A stretch of DNA of 64,000 nt from Tubiluchus corallicola (taxonomy: Eukaryota > Animalia > Priapulida). The position numbers and the translations under genes are program-made. Of this stretch, positions 1 to 11,755 are shown one piece after another; the first letter of the stretch is position 1; every line of letters begins with the position of its first letter. Location of the stretch: positions 46,132-110,131 of the forward strand of contig JAQGDQ010000609.1 in NCBI GenBank assembly GCA_030141605.1. Direction: 5' to 3'. The notes beneath the pieces were generated by a model that was not told the origin of the DNA, ran no database searches, and saw nothing but the letters and a program-made list of their open reading frames with translations.

Positions 1-2
1 AG

Positions 3-1028
3 TCCAGACCACAAACGTGTGTGAAGTATAACAACGTGGTCAAAACTCGCATGCAGACTGTAAAACAAGCTACAACGAAGAGGGCAAAATCCGCACCTTT
101 GATAGGCGTGAAAGGGCAAGATGACCAAGAGAGAGCATGTGTCAGAGAGGCGGCATCCTCTTCGTCTGGAGATGAAGAGAAAGCCAAGGATATCCGCGTT
201 ATAAATGCGGAGAAACATGTGGAGAGAGAGGAAGAAATAAACAGGCCGTCGTTTTCTGAGCATGCGCAAGACATCAATTTGACATTGTCTCACAAGAATT
301 TTTCTGTGTATGCTGATAAAATGCCTTGCGATGATCTAAACTCTTCAGCTGCAGATGAAGAAAAGATCGAAAAGAACGAGATCGGGGAAGAAGAGAATGC
401 GTCGGAAACAGAGCAGGAGGCAAGCAGGTTAGACTTTTCTGAGCATGCGCAAGACATCAAATCGACATTGTCTCACAAAAATTTTTCTGTGTATGCTGAC
501 AAAATGCCTTGCGATGATCAAAATTCTTCCGCTGCAGATGAAGAAAAGATGAAAAAGAACGAGATCGGGGAAGAAGAGAATGCGTCGGAGACGGAGCAGC
601 AGGCATACAGGTTAGACTTTTCTGAGCATGCGCACGGCGCCAGATCATCATTATCTCCCAAAGATTTTTCCGTGTACGCTGAAGAGTCTCCTTCAGATTG
701 TCAAAATTTTATAGGAGACATGGTAAGTGAAAAGACGTTAGAGAAGCACGAGGGTAACGACAAAGCAGATACCGGTGAAGAAACACCACACCAAAGATCT
801 GATACAAAAAGTGAAGATCGTGATGATCAAAACACAAGACTCCACAGAAAAGAATGTGGCAGCATTTATGATTTAACATTGTCGACTGTAGACCAAAGTA
901 TATTGTCCAGAGGTAATCTCCAGGTAGATGAAGAAAGCTCTGACTCCGAGGAAACTTTAGAAGACACAACGCTAACTAGAGATGAAATTCTCAAATCTTT
1001 TCAATTTCAAATCTCAACACTTCAGTAA
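3..1028 (+). CDS. 3' part of DCDC2-like doublecortin-domain gene copy B' (5' end outside the window; inverted duplicate of 6540-8240)
   Basis: Open frame from 3 (SRPQTCVKYNN...) to TAA at 1026-1028. Reverse complement of 6540-7565; the only amino-acid difference in the ORF track is DINLTL vs DIKLTL. The GTG at 21 is not a real start. Confidence 0.85.
   Translation, partial: SRPQTCVKYNNVVKTRMQTVKQATTKRAKSAPLIGVKGQDDQERACVREAASSSSGDEEKAKDIRVINAEKHVEREEEINRPSFSEHAQDINLTLSHKNFSVYADKMPCDDLNSSAADEEKIEKNEIGEEENASETEQEASRLDFSEHAQDIKSTLSHKNFSVYADKMPCDDQNSSAADEEKMKKNEIGEEENASETEQQAYRLDFSEHAHGARSSLSPKDFSVYAEESPSDCQNFIGDMVSEKTLEKHEGNDKADTGEETPHQRSDTKSEDRDDQNTRLHRKECGSIYDLTLSTVDQSILSRGNLQVDEESSDSEETLEDTTLTRDEILKSFQFQISTLQ
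252..690 (+). repeat. In-frame 183-bp (61-aa) tandem repeat, about 2.4 copies, in the acidic tail of gene B' (mirrored at about 6878-7316)
   Basis: TTTTCTGAGCATGCGC at 252, 435 and 618; peptide unit FSEHAQD...ASRLD. Confidence 0.92.
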
Positions 1029-1448
1029 ATATTATAAATGGTGTGAGTTACTAGACAACAATCAACGAAATCGCTGCAATTTTTGTTTTGACACATCCTT
1101 GTTAATATTTCAATAATCAATAGCTTTTGTTTGCTAAAAACGAGTTTGTTACTTTTTCACGGACATCTTGATGCTTTAAGCAATTGCAGCCATATAATGC
1201 GACGACAGTGACGACTCTCACACAGCCAGCAATGACTGCAGTACCATCAGAAACAGTAGCTGTATTGACGACAACACCACCAACATCGGGAATAACAAAA
1301 AACAAAAACAACAGTGATAAACAAAAAGAACAACAAACGTGCATCAAAGAGAACAATGATAATGACGACGACAACAGCAACAACAAGAACAACGACGATG
1401 ACGACGATGATTGTAGCAGCAGTAACAGCAACAATAAAAGCAACAACG

Positions 1449-1853
<405 letters not shown>

Positions 1854-2289
1854 GTTAAACACATTGACTGATTTGATTTGACCTGATTTAATTTACCTCT
1901 TTATTTTGAATCATAGTTACATATTCACTGCAATATGAAATATCCACAACATTATATACAAAACACGCAACAATAGTTTAAAAAACGGTGTTCGTGTCCT
2001 AAAGTGCACGACAAAACTGCTGGCCTGACTCAATTATAATTTCTCTACAATACTTTTCTGTGTTTATTTCTTACTTTAGCACTTTAATATAGCTTTAATG
2101 AGATCATTAGTGTTATGCAGTACCCTGCATACAAACTAAACACGATTTCCCAGTGTACATAGTTTAAGCAAGACTACTGATTTGCTGAAATATTTCCAGT
2201 ACTGGCATCCTATGAATACTTGAAGAATGAACCTTTAGAAGTCTTATGCGTTTATTTTTTTCAATTTAACGACACTTTAATCTATGACT

Positions 2290-2540
2290 GACTGATTGAC
2301 TCACTCATACACTCATTGCCTGATTCATTCACTCACTCACGCACTCACTTACTCACTCACTCACTACTTATTCACACACTCATTGCCTGACTCACTCACT
2401 CATTCAGTGACTTACTCACTCACTCACTCGCTCAGTCAGTCAGTGACTTACTCACTCACCCACTCACTCATTCATTCAGTCACTCATTCACTCACTCACT
2501 CACGCACTCACTCACTTATTCACTCACCCCTTCATTCACT
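2290..2540. repeat. Degenerate (TCAC)n microsatellite
   Basis: Directly visible. Confidence 0.92.
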
Positions 2541-2898
2541 GGCTGATGGACTGTTGAACAGACAAACAGATAGACAGAAGGACAGACAAACAAATGGGTA
2601 ACAGAACAATTTGATAGAAGGATAGAATCGCTGATTGGCTGATTGACTAATTCTTCTCAGCAATAACCAATTACAAGCAAAACAGTGACAACAATTTTCT
2701 CATAAATCGTGGTTTTTTCTAACTTCTGTTTTAGTTTAGCGAATACAGCCCTATTTTGATTGCATCCAGCCTGTGTGCCAAACTTTACCTGACATACCTG
2801 CTACTCACATAGTATAAAGCAGTTGGCTTCACCAAAACCATCCTAATTATGTGACCCCAATTAAAAACAAAAAGATTAATTCATAAAGCCACGCGTAT

Positions 2899-3331
2899 TT
2901 AAATCATTTAAATACAGGATAGGTATAACTGATTCAGATCTGTGTGTTTGCGGTTTAGGCAGTCAAACCCCAGAACATTTAATTTCTCATTGTCCGTTAC
3001 AATTGGTTAGAAAAGATTTAAGAGTAAATCTCGAACACGGCTTAGAAAATAATGACATTCGAAACATAAATGTAATTAAAATGTATATAGATATGGTAAA
3101 AGAACTAACCCAAAATGATCTTATAGTAAATTGATTATACATTGATTATAAATATTGGATATATATATTTAGAATAAGTAAATCGTAATGCAAAATTGTC
3201 AGCTTGTTTAGTAAGAAATTTATTTAACGTACATAGTGTATAGACTTATTTAACATTTTAGTACTTTTGTGCCCTGCAAATAGAGGGCTTATTGTACAAT
3301 TTTCAATAAAGATTTTTAATAATAATAATTA
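2899..3331 (+). mobile_element. 5'-truncated LINE (I-group-like) with a 14-bp target-site duplication
   Basis: AAAGCCACGCGTAT at 2885-2898 and 3332-3345. Manual translation FKYRIGITDSDLCVCGLGSQTPEHLISHCP gives a C-x-C-x8-H-x4-C knuckle, followed by a stop, 3'UTR, AATAAA and a short (TAA)n tail. Confidence 0.88.
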
Positions 3332-3378
3332 AAAGCCACGCGTATACGTCATAGTAACATGTCCTTGTTTAGAAGCCT

Positions 3379-3393
3379 GTTGCTATACGCAAC
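3379..3393. promoter_or_regulatory. Candidate RFX X-box upstream of DCX gene A
   Basis: GTTGCTATACGCAAC (GTTGC...GCAAC dyad) about 125 bp before the ATG; extra half-site CATAGTAAC at 3350-3358. Motif match only. Confidence 0.5.
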
Positions 3394-3518
3394 TTCTGTA
3401 ATTCTTTGTGTAGAGAAGCCCTGCGTGTCAGCGTGCATGTGTGTTGCCATCAAGCACATTGTTAGGGCTTCCCCCGAGTGTATGAACGTTACACCCGAGT
3501 TGTGACAAATTTTGCACG

Positions 3519-5757
3519 ATGGGAGACAGGGGAAAAACCGTCCTCGTGTATCTCAACGGTGACAAAGTTTTCTCGGGACAACAATTTGCAGTCAAGAAGG
3601 GCAAATTTCCGAATCTGGAAGCGTTCCTCAATCAGGTGACCAGCGTGCTACAGCCCAGCTTTGGCGTGGCCAAAGGACTGTTTACCACAGATGGCAGACG
3701 TGTGCGGTCTATCAGCGATTTGGTCGCCGGTGACAGGTACGTTGTGGCAGGTTCGGAACCGTTTTCTTGCGTGGATTATGCCCACATTAAAGCAGCCAGG
3801 AAGAAAGGTGCCGGGAGTGCATCATTGCCGATTGCTGATTTTCAAGAATGCATGGAATACCTGCAAACTTTCCCTTTGTCATTCTATGTGCACAAAAATG
3901 GAGACGAGCTGTGCCAACCGACAAAAATAACCTTAATCAGATCAGATGCATCGAATTGGGAAAGTGTCCTACGCGCAATAGGATTGCGCATCACCCTAAA
4001 CACAGGAGAAGTTAAGAGATTGTTTAAGATATCAACCAAACAGGAAATAACAGATGTCATGGACATAGAGCCGATGGGATTCCATGTTGCAGCAGGAGAT
4101 GAAGACCTAAAAAACGTCAAATACAATGCAAAAGAGCGCGTCACCAGAATGTCTCCTGTAAGATCCAGCGGTCCGCCGGCTTATGGCAAGCAGTACCATA
4201 AAAGATGCTACAGTCGCGGTAGATCAGCAGGTTTGAAAGCACCGCGTTCGTATCACGATACTGAAGAAATGATAGCTGACAGAACAGAAAAGAAGATTTC
4301 AAAGATTATGGCAAAAGAACGAAAGCGACGCCACCATGAATCTTTTGCACATGATCAAGGATACAAAGTGAAGCCAATCTGCCGCAGTGAAGAAAACATA
4401 GGTCCTTGGAGCATCAATGTTAGCTCTGGAAGTTATGGTTCTGACGTATCACAGGGAGACTTTGCACCAAGGAAAAAGCGAAAGGGCAAAGAGCCACTTA
4501 ACGTCAACGTTGCGTTAAAGATATCACTTGATGGAAGACAGGTAACAGTTGAAAACACCAAGATAGTACCTGCTTCTCATTCGCCTGAATCAAAATTGCC
4601 AAAAGCAAAAGTAGTTTCCCGTGAAGATGACGAAGAACTCAACATCGTAAAAACTACAGTCGAAGTACCACTGGAAAGAGGAGAAAGGGAAACTTTGGAT
4701 GAAGAACCTCCAACTGATAAAAGTACCTCAACATGTCGTCTTATTAATTTGCACGACGTAATGTGTGAGGTTTCTGAAATCTGTGACACTCTTCCCATTG
4801 AATATGAGAAAATACCTCATACGACACTTGATATGGAAACAGCAGAACATGTGCAAGAAGTGCATGAAAACATTGCATTTGTAGAAGGAGACAAAGAGGC
4901 GACAACAACCAGTCTGGATCCAGAAATGCCAGGTAAGCTAAAAGTAACTCAGTCAGAACTTTCAGAAATTGGTAGTGAAGTTAAACACGATGAAAAGCAT
5001 GTTCCTGTTGAACAAGTTGAATCACCAATAACAGCCTGTCTGTATGTCGGCCTGTCTCCAGAAACGGCAGGTAAGCAAAAAGAAGATCAGTCGGAACCTA
5101 AGGAAAGTGGTAGTGAAGTTAAAGACGAAGAAAAGCATGGTCCTGTTGAACAAGTTCAATTGGAACACAGCAGTGGGGTTGAAGGTCAAGATAAACATTT
5201 TTATTCACAGGAAATAGGGGAGCTTGAACGTGACAACGAAGATGATGATCCAGATAAACATATTTCAGGAGAACAAGTTCACTTGGAGCACGGCAGTGAG
5301 GCCGAGGTTTCTGCAGAAAGAGTTTGCTCCGAACACGGCAGTATAGCTGAGGATGAGCATGGCAGCGAGGCTGAGGCTGATGAACGTGTTTCTGCAGAAA
5401 GAGTTTGCTCCGAACATGGCAGTGAAGCTGAGGACCGTGAGCATCTTTCGGCAGGGCAAATTCATTCTGAACATGGCAGTGAAACTAAGGTTCAAGATAA
5501 ATTATCTGCAGGAGAAATACCTACTGAACGTAAACGCTCCCAATTTAAATATGACAGTGAAATTGAAGATGAAATTAAACACATAGCCGAACTACCTGGT
5601 GAACAATCATTAACTACGATTACCACTGAAAAAACTGAAATGAAGGACACGCCATCGCAAACTAGTCCAACGCCAAGTGAAAAAATGCGTGTACATGTAA
5701 AAATGAAACTCAATGTTGAACTTCAACCTGAAAATGAGTCAGCAACAGTAGTAGTAC

Positions 5758-5801
<44 letters not shown>

Positions 5802-5814
5802 ACAGTAGCAGCAA

Positions 5815-5901
<87 letters not shown>

Positions 5902-5904
5902 CAA

Positions 5905-5999
<95 letters not shown>

Positions 6000-6006
6000 A
6001 TAGTAA

Positions 6007-6038
<32 letters not shown>

Positions 6039-6072
6039 AGTAGTAGTGGTGGTGGTGGTGGTGGTGGTGGTG

Positions 6073-6112
<40 letters not shown>

Positions 6113-6224
6113 CAGTAGTCGTTGTTGCTTTTATTGTTGCTGTTACTGCTGCTACAATCATCGTCGTCATCGTCGTTGTTCTTGTTGTTGCTGTTGTCGT
6201 CGTCATTATCATTGTTCTCTTTGA
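3519..6224 (+). CDS. DCDC2-like tandem doublecortin-domain protein, paralog A; credible coding sequence is 3519-5747 (743 aa), the rest is microsatellite read-through
   Basis: DCX1 (KTVLVYLNGD...RYVVAGSEPF) and DCX2 (FYVHKNGD...FHVAAGDEDLKNVKY), a DCDC2-like TTVEVPLE...DEE motif, then an acidic repetitive tail. No stop before the (GTA)n tract, so the true 3' end is uncertain. Confidence 0.85.
5746..6118. repeat. Compound microsatellite (GTA)n(GGT)n(GTA)n
   Basis: Directly visible; reverse-complement counterpart of 1449-1853. Confidence 0.98.
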
Positions 6225-7567
6225 TGCACGTTTGTTGTTCTTTTTGTTTGTCACTGTTGTTTTTGTTTTTTGTTATTCCCGATGTTGGTGGTGTTGTCGT
6301 CAATACAGCTACTGTTTCTGATGGTACTGCAGTCATTGCTGGCTGTGTGAGAGTCGTCACTGTCGTCGCATTATATGGCTGCAATTGCTTAAAGCATCAA
6401 GATGTCCGTGAAAAAGTAACAAACTCGTTTTTAGCAAACAAAAGCTATTGATTATTGAAATATTAACAAGGATGTGTCAAAACAAAAATTGCAGCGATTT
6501 CGTTGATTGTTGTCTAGTAACTCACACCATTTATAATATTTACTGAAGTGTTGAGATTTGAAATTGAAAAGATTTGAGAATTTCATCTCTAGTTAGCGTT
6601 GTGTCTTCTAAAGTTTCCTCGGAGTCAGAGCTTTCTTCATCTACCTGGAGATTACCTCTGGACAATATACTTTGGTCTACAGTCGACAATGTTAAATCAT
6701 AAATGCTGCCACATTCTTTTCTGTGGAGTCTTGTGTTTTGATCATCACGATCTTCACTTTTTGTATCAGATCTTTGGTGTGGTGTTTCTTCACCGGTATC
6801 TGCTTTGTCGTTACCCTCGTGCTTCTCTAACGTCTTTTCACTTACCATGTCTCCTATAAAATTTTGACAATCTGAAGGAGACTCTTCAGCGTACACGGAA
6901 AAATCTTTGGGAGATAATGATGATCTGGCGCCGTGCGCATGCTCAGAAAAGTCTAACCTGTATGCCTGCTGCTCCGTCTCCGACGCATTCTCTTCTTCCC
7001 CGATCTCGTTCTTTTTCATCTTTTCTTCATCTGCAGCTGAAGAATTTTGATCATCGCAAGGCATTTTGTCAGCATACACAGAAAAATTTTTGTGAGACAA
7101 TGTCGATTTGATGTCTTGCGCATGCTCAGAAAAGTCTAACCTGCTTGCCTCCTGCTCTGTTTCCGACGCATTCTCTTCTTCCCCGATCTCGTTCTTTTCG
7201 ATCTTTTCTTCATCTGCAGCTGAAGAGTTTAGATCATCGCAAGGCATTTTATCAGCATACACAGAAAAATTCTTGTGAGACAATGTCAATTTGATGTCTT
7301 GCGCATGCTCAGAAAACGACGGCCTGTTTATTTCTTCCTCTCTCTCCACATGTTTCTCCGCATTTATAACGCGGATATCCTTGGCTTTCTCTTCATCTCC
7401 AGACGAAGAGGATGCCGCCTCTCTGACACATGCTCTCTCTTGGTCATCTTGCCCTTTCACGCCTATCAAAGGTGCGGATTTTGCCCTCTTCGTTGTAGCT
7501 TGTTTTACAGTCTGCATGCGAGTTTTGACCACGTTGTTATACTTCACACACGTTTGTGGTCTGGACT
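5746..7567 (-). repeat. Right arm of the large inverted duplication
   Basis: Reverse complement of 1 to about 1850. The outer limit is set only by the window edge on the other arm. Confidence 0.95.
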
Positions 7568-8240
7568 TTTTCTTCTTAAATGCCTCCTGATAGAAGGCGC
7601 TTCTCGAACCGCATTGATAAGGCAAATCTTTATATCGTTCCGACCCTGTAGCCACATAATAAGCGCCATCTTTAATATCGCTAACTCCTCTGAGCAATAT
7701 TTTGCTAGGAATATTGAAAATTTTGCGAACGTTTAGCATGAGTTTAGTACTTATCTGTTGCAAGACAACGTCCCAATGAGTGGCTTCTGCTTTCAGAAGT
7801 TTCATCCGAATTGGGGTTCTCGTGAATTCGCCGTTTTTATACACAAAGTAGAACACGGGACGATTAAGCTGTCTAATCTTGGCTGGGACTTTTAGACGAC
7901 TATGCGACACCGGACGGACCTTACCAAGGCGGTCGAAAAATTCGCACCGTGACTGGGCGACTTTTCTTTCGATGTCTAGGTATTGAAGTTTTATGAATTT
8001 TTCTTGACCGGCTGCGACGTAAGCGGCTCCGCTGACGATATCCTCAAATTCTTTGACACGGTGGCCATTTTCAGCGGTATATAAGGCCCTCACTGCGCCA
8101 AATCTTGTGTCCAAAAGCCAAGTCAGGTTATGCAACAAGGCGTCGAAGTTAGGAATCTGCCGTGAGTTGATAACGAACCGATGGCCCTTGAAGAATTGGT
8201 CACCGTTGATGAAAATGTGTACCGCTTTTACGCCTTGCAT
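6540..8240 (-). CDS. DCDC2: DCDC2-like tandem doublecortin-domain protein, paralog B (566 aa, single ORF)
   Basis: KAVHIFINGDQFF...FGAVRALYT..GHRV...YVAAGQEKFIKLQYLDI and linker VRPVSHSRLKVPAKIR resemble the recalled vertebrate DCDC2 sequence (VKPVIHSRINVSARFR). Second DCX domain FVYKNGE...YYVATGSERYKDLPY. The symbol indicates family, not proven orthology. Confidence 0.9.
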   Translation of the reverse strand: MQGVKAVHIFINGDQFFKGHRFVINSRQIPNFDALLHNLTWLLDTRFGAVRALYTAENGHRVKEFEDIVSGAAYVAAGQEKFIKLQYLDIERKVAQSRCEFFDRLGKVRPVSHSRLKVPAKIRQLNRPVFYFVYKNGEFTRTPIRMKLLKAEATHWDVVLQQISTKLMLNVRKIFNIPSKILLRGVSDIKDGAYYVATGSERYKDLPYQCGSRSAFYQEAFKKKKSRPQTCVKYNNVVKTRMQTVKQATTKRAKSAPLIGVKGQDDQERACVREAASSSSGDEEKAKDIRVINAEKHVEREEEINRPSFSEHAQDIKLTLSHKNFSVYADKMPCDDLNSSAADEEKIEKNEIGEEENASETEQEASRLDFSEHAQDIKSTLSHKNFSVYADKMPCDDQNSSAADEEKMKKNEIGEEENASETEQQAYRLDFSEHAHGARSSLSPKDFSVYAEESPSDCQNFIGDMVSEKTLEKHEGNDKADTGEETPHQRSDTKSEDRDDQNTRLHRKECGSIYDLTLSTVDQSILSRGNLQVDEESSDSEETLEDTTLTRDEILKSFQFQISTLQ

Positions 8241-8376
8241 GCCTGGCTGTACGAATACATTCAGAGAAATAGTTAAGCGTACGGATATGCAGACAAGCGT
8301 ATAAATGCAGACAACTTATTTATCACGGCCATTACGGTTGTGACGATGAACTGAATCTACTGAGTGTGTTTTGCAG

Positions 8377-8413
8377 TGACGTCATAGTGGCGACGCGCAC
8401 CGGTTATTACGTC
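8377..8413. promoter_or_regulatory. CRE/ATF-type sites upstream of gene B
   Basis: TGACGTCA at 8377-8384 and TTACGTCA at about 8406-8413, in a CpG-containing patch 140-170 bp upstream of the ATG. Confidence 0.4.
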
Positions 8414-8842
8414 ATCCGCAGATACACCACACATTAAAAGCCATAATTAACTTGTGATGATGGTACTTAATTCCACAGGAAAGCATTTTCTTTGCTATAA
8501 TTGTGTATTTGGATATGAATATGTCAAAGTTGGTAACAACATGACATTATACGCAATTTTAATACCTACCTGTCTATAATAGTCATTTGATTTCGTACAA
8601 CGCCAAATATTCTATGCAAAACGTTTTACCTTCAGTAAATGTAGAATGCCTGTATATTTTTCACGATGTATCTGCATCTGCTGTCTTCATTGATATTGTT
8701 CAAGAAACCTCAGTTAAAAAACTTGTATCTTATAACATGCAACTATTTTTGCCACAGTTTAAAAATTACCAGATAGTAATCTTCAAAATTCAAAGCATAT
8801 TCATTAATATATTCATTGTGTATGAATTTTGTTATATACATA

Positions 8843-8891
<49 letters not shown>

Positions 8892-9189
8892 GTGTGTGTA
8901 TGTATATAGGTGTGTGTATAAATATATATGTATTGTAATATATGTAATATATTACATACAATATAATAACATAACAATATAATATACATTGAGCTTTAAT
9001 ATGTAGCGTATTTTTTCTATGTATTAGTAAACTATTACCTTGCAATGGTTTCGTATTATTTTATTTTGAAAATAAACGAGATTAAATAAATAAATAAATA
9101 AATAAATAATCGTCGTTTCTATCAGGTACGTAACAGAAAGATGATCGTAGACCAAAAGGAATCTAAATTTTAGTGGTATGCCTTTGGAT

Positions 9190-9360
9190 GGTGACATCAT
9201 TTTCGATTTAAAAATGGTTTATAAGATCGTGCATAAACTGACAGATTTAAATTTTGAAGATTTCTTCACTTTTGCTCCCTCTGGAGGACACAACTATAAA
9301 CTTATCAATTCTTCCAGGTTGAATTTGGATAAATTTGCTTTTTCAAACAGAAGTATCTAG
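9190..9360 (+). mobile_element. CR1-like LINE ORF2 C-terminal fragment
   Basis: DLKMVYKIVHKLTDLNFEDFF...GHNYKL...FAFSNR resembles the typical CR1 C-terminus (DL..vyKi...GH..KL...FFS.R). Confidence 0.7.
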
Positions 9361-10073
9361 TAGTTTTTTGTACTATCTGAAATGATTACAGTTATGACAA
9401 TGTCAATTCATCCAGTCTGTTAGTTTCTGGTAAAAAGATAGTCAAAACTTGCTTGTTAAAATATTACAAATTTAACAGTTTATAGAGCAAGGTGAAGCTT
9501 TTCGTGGATCAAACAGCTAAAGTATCATTTGGTAAATTTTTCTCAAACCGATTTGGAACTCATTGCCTGCATATGTTGATGATGCACCTCTCGTAAATGC
9601 ACAAAATATTAAGTTACTTGAAAGCCGCTTATATCAAGTTAACTTGCATAAATTCCTTGTACACAGTAGACACATGTAAGCAGTTAATCTCTTTATGTCT
9701 TTACCACACACTTGTAAAACATTATCCCTGCTCAGTGATCTCACCCAATTTTGATAAATTTATAGTTTGTGTATACGTTTTATTGATTTTTTTATTTTAT
9801 CGTGTTTTCAATGTACGTAATGTTATATTGATTCAATGTAAACTCATGTAGTAATTCAATTACATATTCATAATGTAATAAATAAATATAAAACTTACAT
9901 TATTGCTAAAATAATAATGCTTTAAAAAAGGAAAACTCTTCTTCAAGTTGCATATTTATATACAGGGTGTACTAGAAAAACAGTGCTATAAGCATACTAA
10001 TATAACACTAAGCGACGTCCAATAAGTGTGATTATACCAAGTTATATGATAGAAAAACTGGAATCATGCAAAC

Positions 10074-10600
10074 TTAACCCTTAGCCGACCAAGGTGGGGT
10101 AAAAATTACCCCAGCAGTGTTTGTTCGCATTTTTATATTGATGCACGCAACGAAAAATTTTCAAACTAGTAGTGATTACATATTTTTCAATTTCTTATGC
10201 AACCATACCTTGGTTTTGTTGAAAAGTATTATTCATGCTTTTTTACAAAGCACGGTTGCCAGATACTACCTGGTGTGGGGTAAGTTACTCCCTCCATTTG
10301 TCTTGTATGAGGGCAAAATTTTGGAATTTACTTTGCAGTATTTTTCTTTCTGGCAGCACCATGTATTTATTTTTCAAACCTCCAATTGAGCCTACAGCTC
10401 TGCAAAGTGATTTTTCTAACAATCTGCTGAGAAAATTTCATATTAAAGTTCGACAATTTGACAACGATTTTTCATTTAGCAATATGGCGGGATTTTTAGC
10501 ACATGTGGCTAAGCTTAAAGCTGATGAAGAAAATTTTTTAGAAGATCCAGCAAGTGAAGACGAAGTGGCTGTCTTCAAATTAAACAGTGAACATCATTAG
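10074..10600 (+). mobile_element. piggyBac-like left end remnant
   Basis: TTAA|CCCTT terminus, subterminal dyad GGGGTAAAAATTACCCC, related GGGGTAAGTTACTCCC at about 10277, then an acidic peptide (MAGF...LEDPASEDE...SEH) like a transposase N-terminus. No matching right end seen. Confidence 0.5.
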
Positions 10601-11155
10601 GCTGTTATAAAGTTTTCACAAGACTTGAAAAACCAAGCATAAAATAAACTTAAGATTCTGCATTGTGACCAAAATTGCAATTGCTGACAGCCAAAAACAT
10701 TTGCTGACTTGATCTTTGTCGCAAATCATAATTTTGCCATTGCTGAATTCTCCATGCTTGAATACCTAGGAAACCCATTTTATTGCAAGCCATTTTAACA
10801 CTTTCGCCTATGTCTCGAAAAATTCTTAGCTCACATCTACCCTTGACCGCCTACCCATATGTACAATAACATAAGCTTCTAGTCCAATACTGTAAGTGCT
10901 ATTGAGTGACAAAGCCATTCTCCCTAATTTTCACATTTTGAGTTCTGCTGCTGTGACCTTTGACCCAAAGGTCGCCATTCTTATACCGCCCTCTGGCTAG
11001 CAGACATGTGCAGCTATTGACCAGACCCTATTTTAACACGTTTTGGCTCCTAACTCGGAACTTTCCTTGACTCCAATTCCCAAAAAATAACTAAGGCATA
11101 TCTGTCTCACGGAATCTAAATTCCCATGAAAAAAATTTGAATTTAATTCTAGATT

Positions 11156-11243
11156 TTAGATTTAGATTTAATATTTTATTTCAAACTTCACAAAGTTCAT
11201 AAACACATCACAAATTAATACAAATAATACAATAAATCATGAA
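11156..11243 (-). repeat. Dispersed repeat, probably a retroposon 3' end (copy at about 23016-23100; related reverse copy at about 28830-28890)
   Basis: GATTTAATATTTTATTTCAAACTT..CAAAGTTCAT.ACACATCACAAATTAATACAAATAATACAATAAATCATGA shared almost exactly with the 23-kb copy. Confidence 0.7.
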
Positions 11244-11755
11244 ACGCAACAATAACACAAAGAACAATTAACGATATAACAATCTACGCGAATGACATCT
11301 AATTACAGAAGTATTACATCTAATTACATCTAGGTCACACGGTTACTTCTTCACTGTTTCTTTTGGATCACCCCGTACAGGCATAATTAAGCTGTTCGCG
11401 CAACTAGGTAACGCCGTTAAACGATTGGATAAAAGAAAAAATCGTGATGATAAGTTAATAAGTTTGTTACTGCAAGCTTCCTTGTTTTTACTGCTTGGTG
11501 GCGCCATCTACAGGAGCTTTTGTTAACTACATATGTTTTGCTCGTACTAAAGAACATCGTGGCTGACTCAACCAGTGACGTCAGTATTAGAAAAATATTT
11601 CAAACAAAATTCAATGAACGATAACAATGTTGATTGATAAACAACGCACTGTAATCAAAATGTTAGCACGCTACAAACACTTAGCGGTAAATTTTTACAA
11701 CAACCAGCAACATTAGGAAATAAAATAGACGCCTTGTTATTTTGATGAGCCTTAT

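Noticed and set aside
4931-5076. Splice donors CAG|GTAAGC inside gene A
   Set aside because: Both sit at equivalent positions of an in-frame coding repeat, the ORF stays open about 700 bp further, and no downstream exon was found. Not excluded without RNA data.
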